This document shows positions 15,915 through 23,305 of a stretch of 32,000 bases of DNA, one piece after another (positions within the stretch are counted from its first letter, which is position 1; each line of letters opens with the position of its first letter). Position numbers and translations under genes: made by a program. The notes under the pieces were generated by a model that saw only the letters and a list, made by a program, of their open reading frames with translations, was not told where the DNA came from and searched no databases. This DNA comes from Vibrio sp. Y2-5 (GTDB lineage Bacteria > Pseudomonadota > Gammaproteobacteria > Enterobacterales > Vibrionaceae): NCBI RefSeq assembly GCF_014596725.1, contig NZ_JACVEG010000008.1, positions 1 to 32,000 of the forward strand, given 5' to 3'.

Positions 15915-16415
15915 ATGAATAACTGTCTATTTTTAGAGGGTAATTTAGCCGAAGACTTATACATCTGCGGCAACGCTGATAATACTGTCGTGAAGTTAGC
16001 TGTGATCACTAATGAGACTTTTCGAGATAAGGCCACTGGTGAACAACGTCAAACTTCCGTTCGACACAGTGTTTCAGTGTTTGGATGGAAAGCTAAACAA
16101 ATCGTCGATAATGCGGAATATTTTCGTAAGGGCGCTTTGGTTCATGTGAAAGCAAAAATGGTTACTGTTAAATCTCATCGTTATGAAGGAATTTATGAGT
16201 ACCAGCCACATGTGGACAACACCACTTATACATCTGTAGATGCAGTCGTACGTTTTACAAAAAATACTGTTAACAGCAGTGGGTCACAACGCGCACAACC
16301 AGTTCGTCAACGTCCACAACCTACTCAGCAGTATTCGCCACGTAGTGAGAGCCTTCCTCAATCGAACGGTCAGCAAATGCCAGCACCGCAGTTTGAAGAA
16401 TACGAAGAATTTTAA
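15915..16415 (+). CDS. ssb: single-stranded DNA-binding protein
   Basis: The OB-fold region aligns by eye with E. coli SSB: ETFRDKATGEQRQ...HSVSVFGWKAKQ...YFRKGALVHVKAKM versus ESWRDKATGEMKE...HRVVLFGKLAEV...YLRKGSQVYIEGQL. Q/P-rich linker and acidic C-terminal tip FEEYEEF. Confidence 0.9.
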   Translation: MNNCLFLEGNLAEDLYICGNADNTVVKLAVITNETFRDKATGEQRQTSVRHSVSVFGWKAKQIVDNAEYFRKGALVHVKAKMVTVKSHRYEGIYEYQPHVDNTTYTSVDAVVRFTKNTVNSSGSQRAQPVRQRPQPTQQYSPRSESLPQSNGQQMPAPQFEEYEEF

Positions 16416-16455
16416 CTAAACCAATATGGAACGCTTGAATAGTGTTCCATTTATT

Positions 16456-16481
16456 CCCGAAAGGGCTAAGTAATCAAGGAG
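16456..16481 (+). promoter_or_regulatory. GAAA mini-hairpin + AAGGAG module, copy G
   Basis: CCC-GAAA-GGG (16456-16465), CTAAGTAATC, AAGGAG (16476-16481), ATG at 16490. Preceded by ATGGAAC ... GTTCCAT (16426-16450). Confidence 0.7.
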
Positions 16482-16489
16482 AAATACCC

Positions 16490-18034
16490 ATGTCAATGAT
16501 CAAAACATTTGCAACAAAATATGGTTTTAACGAAATAGAAGAGATGCTTTGTGTATTGAAGTCAAAATGCTTTCCTCACTACACCAAGTTCTGCTCTGAT
16601 TCTGTATTAACCTTAATTCAGGCGGCGTTAACACGTGATCTGAATCCGTTTAATCATGAAATCTATGTTGTAGCAGACAAAGATTTAAATGGTGAAGTCG
16701 ATGGATACAGAACACAAATCGGCATGTCTGGTTGCCTACGTATTGCAAACCGACAATCATCTTACCAGGGCGTAGAGTTTGTCTATCCTGACTCGGGAGA
16801 CACCATAACTATAAACGTAGAGAGCAAGCTACGTAACGGAACAGTTAATACCGTTACTTGCTTTGCTTGGTTAGAAGCTCGTGTTTATGTGGATGGAATT
16901 GAACGTCCATTTGTTGCACGTGAATACTTCGATGAGTGCTTTAGTGAAGTGAGTCCTGCTTGGATACAGAAACCAAAACGTCGTTTACGTCAGACTACAT
17001 TTGCTCAGGCTATCGAACTAGCTTTCTACGGTAAAGATAACCCTGAAAATTCTGTCTTGGAAATGAACATTTCAGAGAAAGAAATGAATGAGTTTGAGCA
17101 ACTGGTAAATACCGTTGGTTTCAAGTTTAAGTCTGAAACCAAACCTGAACCTGTAGATGGATCGCGTATCAAATCGAACGTTGATGAGTTAATTACGAAG
17201 CAACAAAGTGCTGCACAAGGACACAAACCTCTTGAGAAAGAGAATGTGGAATCTCATAGCGCTCCCGTTGCTAAAGAATTACCAAAAACATCTACCGCTG
17301 ATTCAGTGGAAGCTGAAACTGATAAATCAGTTGAGGCGGAAAAGCTAGAGACCGTTAACGAAGTTTCAACCCAATCACCTAGTGATAGTGATGAACCTGA
17401 CTTAACAGTACCTGCGTATATTCGCAAAGGTCTAGAGCTTAATAGCGAAAACCAAGCTGAAGCTGGCGCAAAGGTTCTTGATGAAGCTCAATCTGAAGCA
17501 GGAACCCAAGCAAATGATTCTGAAACAACTAAAACTGAAGAAGTCGAAAAAGAGGCTGACTCGGTAGAGGAAATTTCAGATGAGGATGCTGAACGCTATC
17601 AAGGTATGTTTGGGCAAGACACTGTTGAAGATGGTGAGACTGGATTTCAACCTCCATTTGTAATGGAAAATGAAATTCCTTTCAAAACAGATTCAGTAGT
17701 GACTGAGCCTGTAGTTGAAACTCAAGCTGTAGAGCCTGAGTCGACTACGCAAACGAATGTTGAATCTAGCTTGCCATCGGAAGTTATTGAGTATCTCAAT
17801 GCTACTATTAGCAAAGAGGATATTGATAACCACGATAGTATTATGTTTATCGACATGTTCATTGATAGCTATTCGTCAGATTCTGAAATGTTCAATGACG
17901 TCCAAGTTGCGGGCTTTGTTATGAGTTTACAAGGTAAAGATAAGCAATTCGCTATTCAGCGTCTGTTTAAGGAAAATGTAATCTCAGAAGAACAGCTTCT
18001 TAACTTTGTCGAAAAAGTGAACATAGCAGCGTAA
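16490..18034 (+). CDS. bet: lambda Bet (Red-beta)-family single-strand annealing protein with a long acidic extension and an extra C-terminal domain (514 aa)
   Basis: The N-terminal ~200 aa align by eye with lambda Bet. DLNPFNHEIYVV...GYRTQIGMSGCLRIANRQSSYQGVEF matches GLNPWTKEIYAF...VPVVGVDGWSRIINENQQFDGMDF. EYFDEC...IQKPKRRLRQTTFAQAIELAF matches EWMDEC...QSHPKRMLRHKAMIQCARLAF. The start is moved to ATG 16490 on the basis of the SD module. Confidence 0.85.
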   Translation: MSMIKTFATKYGFNEIEEMLCVLKSKCFPHYTKFCSDSVLTLIQAALTRDLNPFNHEIYVVADKDLNGEVDGYRTQIGMSGCLRIANRQSSYQGVEFVYPDSGDTITINVESKLRNGTVNTVTCFAWLEARVYVDGIERPFVAREYFDECFSEVSPAWIQKPKRRLRQTTFAQAIELAFYGKDNPENSVLEMNISEKEMNEFEQLVNTVGFKFKSETKPEPVDGSRIKSNVDELITKQQSAAQGHKPLEKENVESHSAPVAKELPKTSTADSVEAETDKSVEAEKLETVNEVSTQSPSDSDEPDLTVPAYIRKGLELNSENQAEAGAKVLDEAQSEAGTQANDSETTKTEEVEKEADSVEEISDEDAERYQGMFGQDTVEDGETGFQPPFVMENEIPFKTDSVVTEPVVETQAVEPESTTQTNVESSLPSEVIEYLNATISKEDIDNHDSIMFIDMFIDSYSSDSEMFNDVQVAGFVMSLQGKDKQFAIQRLFKENVISEEQLLNFVEKVNIAA

Positions 18035-18038
18035 AACT

Positions 18039-18060
18039 GTAGGCACGATTAAGTGCCTAC
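18039..18060 (+). other. hairpin immediately after the bet stop codon
   Basis: GTAGGCAC-GATTAA-GTGCCTAC, 8-bp stem, no T-run. Confidence 0.6.
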
Positions 18061-18066
18061 ACCGTA

Positions 18067-18090
18067 ACCGAAAGGTGTTCAATTAAGGAG
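18067..18090 (+). promoter_or_regulatory. GAAA mini-hairpin + AAGGAG module, copy H (orphan: no start codon follows)
   Basis: ACC-GAAA-GGT (18067-18076), GTTCAATT, AAGGAG (18085-18090), then TCAAAGACTAATAAG with no ATG, GTG or TTG at RBS distance. Confidence 0.6.
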
Positions 18091-18102
18091 TCAAAGACTA
18101 AT

Positions 18103-18130
18103 AAGCTTGGTGGGTTCATCCACCAAGCTT
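18103..18130 (+). other. perfect 11-bp-stem hairpin
   Basis: AAGCTTGGTGG-GTTCAT-CCACCAAGCTT. Not followed by a T-run. Lies between the orphan module H and module I. Confidence 0.7.
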
Positions 18131-18154
18131 GGAAGTCAAATAACTCAATGGAGT

Positions 18155-18183
18155 TTGCCGAAAGGCAACCAATGATCAAGGAG
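18155..18183 (+). promoter_or_regulatory. GAAA mini-hairpin + AAGGAG module, copy I
   Basis: TTGCC-GAAA-GGCAA (18155-18168), CCAATGATC, AAGGAG (18178-18183), ATG at 18190. Confidence 0.7.
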
Positions 18184-18189
18184 AAAACC

Positions 18190-18459
18190 ATGAGTACACA
18201 AAACTCATTACATGCTCAGGCATATCAGGAGATGCTAGTTCTTAATCACCATCAACCAAAACTACTTTGGTGGTTGGTGAGTAACTTAGCTGAAGTTGAT
18301 GCATTAACTGACAGTAAACTTTGTGAGGGCGTTAACCGTGCAGAAGAACTGAAGACTTATCTATTTGGTTTTATCAAGCGAGCTTCATCGCAACAATTGT
18401 CAGCCTTTAATTCTCTATGGCAGGCAAGGCTAGGGGAGACAAAACAATGGCTCAACTAG
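18190..18459 (+). CDS. hypothetical protein, 89 aa
   Basis: ATG 18190 is supported by the SD module. The track's upstream ATG 18148 would read through the hairpin. Confidence 0.65.
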   Translation: MSTQNSLHAQAYQEMLVLNHHQPKLLWWLVSNLAEVDALTDSKLCEGVNRAEELKTYLFGFIKRASSQQLSAFNSLWQARLGETKQWLN

Positions 18460-19052
18460 ACTTCTTATCAAAGCTTGAATTAGGTAGTGTTGAAACACAG
18501 TCGAAGCCAAGACAACGTAAAACCCCACGAGAGAAGGCGGAAGTAAATCCTTTAAACACTTTGCTTCCATATTTGTATCGTGAGGAACATCAGGAACAGG
18601 TACTTAAAGGAATGAAGCTTGCTAAAAAGCCTCGCGCCTTCGTATCTTGGGACCTGAAAAACGAACTCCACACAATGCAAATCTGTGTATATTTCATAAT
18701 GGTGGATGACTTGAGATCTTGTTTTTACTTAAACAAGCAAAATCTGGTTGAACACTTGGAATGGATTATTGATGACCCAGATGATGATTTCTCATTTGTG
18801 TCTTGCATGGAGAGTATTGGTATAGATAAGAAGGCAGAGGCCTATGATGTAATAGAGTCTTTCCTTCTTGACCAAGTAGCTTCTGCTGATTTGATCCGAA
18901 GTGAAGTATTAAAGAAAATGGATAACGTAGATTATGAATCGAATCTAGATATACCGGAAACGAAGAGTATTCTCGAGTTATCCAAATATGTAGAAATGTA
19001 TGATCAAAATCGCCGTATTATTATGGCTTGCATTGATCAGTATTTCTCATAA
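18447..19052 (+). CDS. hypothetical acidic protein, 201 aa
   Basis: ATG 18447 with AGGGGAG 8 nt upstream. Overlaps the upstream gene by 13 nt. No recognised motifs. Confidence 0.65.
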   Translation: MAQLDFLSKLELGSVETQSKPRQRKTPREKAEVNPLNTLLPYLYREEHQEQVLKGMKLAKKPRAFVSWDLKNELHTMQICVYFIMVDDLRSCFYLNKQNLVEHLEWIIDDPDDDFSFVSCMESIGIDKKAEAYDVIESFLLDQVASADLIRSEVLKKMDNVDYESNLDIPETKSILELSKYVEMYDQNRRIIMACIDQYFS

Positions 19053-19060
19053 CCATAAAT

Positions 19061-19083
19061 GGCCACCTTCGGTGGCCTTTTTT
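19061..19083 (+). terminator. intrinsic terminator
   Basis: GGCCACC-TTC-GGTGGCC followed by TTTTTT. Confidence 0.85.
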
Positions 19084-19225
19084 ATTCCTCCATTTCCCCA
19101 ATTTCCCATTAACAAAATTACGGTGAAATTTGTTTGAAATATAACCAGTGTCAATTTACTGCACATGAACTATCGACTATGATTGAAAATTATATGTGAA
19201 TCATTATTTTTTCGGTGCAGTTATT

Positions 19226-21517
19226 ATGGACTTAGCAATCGCTGAGAAGCGGGAAGTGGCCACAGAAATAGCAAACACACTCTCCAAAAACGTCATAGAA
19301 CGTACTGGGTATTACGAGTGTACGGATATTGGCTTAATAGTGAGTTGGGCTCAGGGTTTTTTGTTAAAGCTAGCTGACCCGAGTTATTTTGATAAGAGTC
19401 TTGAAAAATGGAATCGAGACCAACTCCCGATGAAATGGCCTGTAAAATTCGTCCCTGAACCTAAAACAAAAAAACAATTGGACGTTCTTGGTGCTTTGCT
19501 AAAAAAATGTAACCTAGTTTATAACTGTACCGATATAGATAACGCAGGCTCGTGGATATTTTGGAGCATTTACGAGCACTTCAAATGCCAAAATGAAGTA
19601 AAACGCGTATACATTAACGACAACAATTTAATACTTCAGGCTTGGCAGCAAGCAAAACCAGGTAAGGAGGATTACGTCAATGCAATGTGTGAACGAAGCC
19701 GTCAAATTCTCGATCAACTCGTCGGGTTTAATGTCACTAGAGCCTTAACTACGCAAGCAGGTTTTCAGGGATGGCGCAAACTTCTTACCGCTGGACGAGT
19801 GCAATCATTTTTTGTCGGGCTAGTTGTGAGACGGTATTTGGAACGAGAGCGCTTCACATCAACGGATTACTACATTTTGAATGCTGCTTTAACTATCGGC
19901 AGTACAGAGCTCGATTTAGTTCGTTACATACCAACTAGTGAGGATCCAGTCGATGAAGAAGGTAGATTGAACAATAAGGATTTTGCGGTACATCTAGAAT
20001 CCTCTATCGCAGGAAAGAAATTCATACTAGATGAACTTGATGTTGACCAAAAACCTATAAAGCGACCAATGCCCTTTGACCTCGGTAGTTTACAAAGCGA
20101 ATGTGACCGACTTTTTGGCTATTCATTATCTGAGGTGTTAGAAACAACGCAGAAGCTACGCGATCTCAAACTCATAACGTACAACAGGACGGATTCTAGA
20201 TATCTGAGTGATGAGTCATTTGATGATGCTGAATCTTTACTTAATGACTTAGCTGAAGTTGATCTGTTTGCGCCATTGATATCTATGACTAGCGTGGACC
20301 AGAACCATGTCCCTGCCTGTTTCAACTCTACAAAGGTGAGCGCACACCACGCAATCATTCCCACACATAATACATCCGCTGTTTCACAGTTAAATGAAAT
20401 GCAATTCTCGGTCTATTACATGATCGTGCGTAACTACATAACCCAATTCTTGCCTGAACACGTAAAGGAATACGTTAGTTTTAAATTCCACACGACTGAC
20501 GATGATGGGGTAGAGCGCCATTTTAAAGCGAAGAAATCTAGACAGCTTAAACTAGGGTGGAAAGTTTTGTTCGTACGAGAGCCAGAACCAGAAGCAGAAG
20601 ATAATACTGATGATAATGAGGAAGAAAACTTAGATGTTGACCTCAGTCTGTGTAGTATTGGAGGAGAATTTTCCGTAGTCAAAAGCCATTGTTCTTTAAG
20701 GCATACAACCCCACCACCATTCTTCACTATTACTTCATTATTAAGTGCAGCGAAAAATGCGGCTAACCACGTCGATGATCCAGAGATAAAGGAAATGCTG
20801 TTGAAAAATAGTCAAGGAAAACCAGAGGTTACTGGTGTTGGTACTTCCGCGACACGCACTCCTATTTTGACTGAACTTTTCAAAAAAGGGTTGCTGAGGA
20901 AGGTTGGTGGTAAAGTGAGAGAAACTGAAGAATCGATAGTCTTATACCAAGCTTTGCCGAGTACGTTCACAGATCCAACGACCACCGCTATATGGGCTGA
21001 CCAACAATCGCGGATTCAAGACGGTACAATGTCCATTAATGAGTTCATGAGCGGCGTAGAACAGGTAACTTCTCAAACTGTCCATCAGATAAAGCAGGGA
21101 ATAACCATACCTGAAAAGTTCTTAAAAGCAGAAAGGTTAGAAGAATGTCCGAAATGCCACAGTTATACTGCAGAGCAACGACCCGGCAAACACAACCGGG
21201 GTGTGTACTGGCATTGTCCGTCATGTTCCAAAAATTTCAATGATTATCAAGATAAGCCATTCGACAAAGAGACGATGCAGCGACGTAAGATGCCGTGTCC
21301 AAAATGTAAGGGCGAGGTAGAGCACAACATCGGAAAGTTTGGTGATTACTGGAAATGTATAAGCAACAGCTGTGGCAACTTCCCTGATCTGGAAGATAGT
21401 CCGTTCTTTGAATTGTGTCCTGAATGCAATTCTGAACTCAAGATAAAAACGGCCAAGAAGTCGATGTTCATTGGTTGTAGTGGTTACCCAAGTTGCACTT
21501 TTACCAGAAAACTATAA
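19226..21517 (+). CDS. topB: DNA topoisomerase III (type IA) with C-terminal zinc ribbons
   Basis: MDLAIAEKREVATEIA aligns with the TopB N-terminus MRLFIAEKPSLARAIA (Toprim Glu). TDIDNAG acidic cluster. Active-site region ITYNRTDSRYL. Several Cys4-type ribbons in the last ~130 aa (CPKCHS...CPSC, CPKCKG..., CPECNS...GCSGYPSC). The track's GTG 19196 start adds 10 unaligned residues. Confidence 0.9.
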   Translation: MDLAIAEKREVATEIANTLSKNVIERTGYYECTDIGLIVSWAQGFLLKLADPSYFDKSLEKWNRDQLPMKWPVKFVPEPKTKKQLDVLGALLKKCNLVYNCTDIDNAGSWIFWSIYEHFKCQNEVKRVYINDNNLILQAWQQAKPGKEDYVNAMCERSRQILDQLVGFNVTRALTTQAGFQGWRKLLTAGRVQSFFVGLVVRRYLERERFTSTDYYILNAALTIGSTELDLVRYIPTSEDPVDEEGRLNNKDFAVHLESSIAGKKFILDELDVDQKPIKRPMPFDLGSLQSECDRLFGYSLSEVLETTQKLRDLKLITYNRTDSRYLSDESFDDAESLLNDLAEVDLFAPLISMTSVDQNHVPACFNSTKVSAHHAIIPTHNTSAVSQLNEMQFSVYYMIVRNYITQFLPEHVKEYVSFKFHTTDDDGVERHFKAKKSRQLKLGWKVLFVREPEPEAEDNTDDNEEENLDVDLSLCSIGGEFSVVKSHCSLRHTTPPPFFTITSLLSAAKNAANHVDDPEIKEMLLKNSQGKPEVTGVGTSATRTPILTELFKKGLLRKVGGKVRETEESIVLYQALPSTFTDPTTTAIWADQQSRIQDGTMSINEFMSGVEQVTSQTVHQIKQGITIPEKFLKAERLEECPKCHSYTAEQRPGKHNRGVYWHCPSCSKNFNDYQDKPFDKETMQRRKMPCPKCKGEVEHNIGKFGDYWKCISNSCGNFPDLEDSPFFELCPECNSELKIKTAKKSMFIGCSGYPSCTFTRKL

Positions 21518-21613
21518 ATCTGTCTTATGGGCTGAAAAAAATGACCTAAAAAAAGTGCGCGCCTAATGCTGTGAGTCTGAAAGTAGTATTGAAGGCTCAC
21601 AAAGGTAACTTTA

Positions 21614-22426
21614 ATGAAATTAAATAAGCGTATCCACACAATAAAGGCATTATCACTAACTTCTCTATTACTCTTTGGTGCAATCTCCGCTCCAACTAAT
21701 GCAGCATCAACGTTAGATATAAAGCAACCAAGTCAAGACCAAATCATCAATGTAAATGCAGCTCTAACTAAAATAGGGATTAAAGTTGCCTCCAAATATG
21801 TAACTTCAATGAGTAACGAAGTTGGGTTCCAAACCCTTGTTAGTAATGCCGGGCTCATGCAAGTTAACTATGAAAAAGGCATAGTAATGTATGGGAATAA
21901 CATTCTTAAAATTGATGAAAATGGAGATTTGGTAAGCAGCAACTCACGAGTAACGAGAGAATTTCTTGATAAGCTTGAGTATAAAATTCTGGCCAAAGCT
22001 CCAAATGAAAAATATAGAATTCAGGTGTTTACAGATATAACCTGTCCTCATTGCCAAGATTTTCACAAGAGATTACCGACGCTCCTTAATGAGGGGATTT
22101 CCGTAGAATTTATTCTATTTGCACGCTATGGTGATAAACGACCTGAGTTCTTAAGCATGTCGGCTATTCAAGGCCAAAAAGACCCTCTCCAAGCACTAAC
22201 TAATGAGATGAACGGAATTATTCCAACTGAAGGTACTGGCAAACCATCTTTGCAAATGGTGTTGCATCAACAAGCTGCCATAGGGATAGGTGTAACCGGT
22301 ACTCCGGCCATTTACTACAAAGGGATTAACATTCCAATCACGCTACCGGAGGCTATGCCAAAGCTTCTTGAGACTTTCGAAGAGGCTTATCGTGACGATA
22401 AGTATGCAGTAGAACGGATAAACTAA
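21614..22426 (+). CDS. DsbC/DsbG-family periplasmic thiol:disulfide isomerase, active site CPHC
   Basis: Signal peptide. VFTDITCPHCQDFH closely parallels E. coli DsbC VFTDITCGYCHKLH. C-terminal GTPAIYY matches the cis-Pro loop region. Confidence 0.8.
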   Translation: MKLNKRIHTIKALSLTSLLLFGAISAPTNAASTLDIKQPSQDQIINVNAALTKIGIKVASKYVTSMSNEVGFQTLVSNAGLMQVNYEKGIVMYGNNILKIDENGDLVSSNSRVTREFLDKLEYKILAKAPNEKYRIQVFTDITCPHCQDFHKRLPTLLNEGISVEFILFARYGDKRPEFLSMSAIQGQKDPLQALTNEMNGIIPTEGTGKPSLQMVLHQQAAIGIGVTGTPAIYYKGINIPITLPEAMPKLLETFEEAYRDDKYAVERIN

Positions 22427-23232
22427 TGGCCGACACTACAACTAATAACACAAGTAACAACCCAAATACCCCAAAGCGGCGGCAAGACATACCGTTAATT
22501 ACAACGGTATTAGCAACCTTTGGACGCTATTTTTCTTTATGTATTTTGGCTGGTGGTGTGTCAGTTGTTCTGTCAATCGCAATTTATTCTTATTTTTTCT
22601 TCTTGGGTGACAACAATTACAGGTGGTCATTGAATATTTACAAAGAAATGCTGGTTTATCAGGAGAGTCTAGGTAAGTGGCTCGATGTTAAAGAGGTTTT
22701 CACTGTAATTGTCACCTACATACAAGATAAATTGTCTGGTATCAGTAGTATCGATACGGGCATTTTTAATTCCTTTCTAACGTCCAAACATAAAATTCTG
22801 GATTATTCTTTCGAATTTTCGAATATCTATGATGAGAAGGTTACAGCAGAGAACGGGGCGTTTTTTGGAACATTTAGACAGTCGGGTGACTATTTTTACA
22901 ACTTGGCGATGACCGTATTACTTATGACTATGGTCTGGTTGTTAAAGATATTGACGATAGTTAACTACCTACCGGTTTATCTTCTCTCTATCTGTTTTGG
23001 TTTAAGCAATGGACTCACCCAGCGGAAAGTGGCCACTTTTAAAGGTGAGCTGGATTTTCAGGATAGAACAGAGTTGGTATACAGAAAATTACGAATGGTA
23101 TCTATCACAGTTCTATTCACGTATGTATCGATTCCTTATGGTGTCAATCCTTTATGGGTATTTGTACCTTCTGTGGTACTAACAGGTATATCGGTTAGGT
23201 ACTTGGCAGCGCTATACAAAAAATACTATTAG
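22426..23232 (+). CDS. polytopic membrane protein, 268 aa; position is consistent with the conserved ICE membrane protein upstream of MPF_G transfer genes
   Basis: Start overlaps the upstream stop (TAATG). Several hydrophobic segments. The family assignment rests on synteny and size only. Confidence 0.6.
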   Translation: MADTTTNNTSNNPNTPKRRQDIPLITTVLATFGRYFSLCILAGGVSVVLSIAIYSYFFFLGDNNYRWSLNIYKEMLVYQESLGKWLDVKEVFTVIVTYIQDKLSGISSIDTGIFNSFLTSKHKILDYSFEFSNIYDEKVTAENGAFFGTFRQSGDYFYNLAMTVLLMTMVWLLKILTIVNYLPVYLLSICFGLSNGLTQRKVATFKGELDFQDRTELVYRKLRMVSITVLFTYVSIPYGVNPLWVFVPSVVLTGISVRYLAALYKKYY

Positions 23233-23251
23233 AGTCACAACATACGATAAG

Positions 23252-23286
23252 AAAAGGCTGATAGGTGCTACCCCGTCAGCCTTTTT
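23252..23286. terminator. bidirectional terminator between convergent genes
   Basis: AAAAGGCTGA ... TCAGCCTTTTT. Confidence 0.75.
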
Positions 23287-23305
23287 CATTGGTTATTATC
23301 TGATC

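Noticed and set aside
18447-19052. Candidate exonuclease partner of Bet
   Set aside because: I could not find a convincing PD-(D/E)xK or YqaJ-type motif arrangement by eye. It is left as hypothetical.
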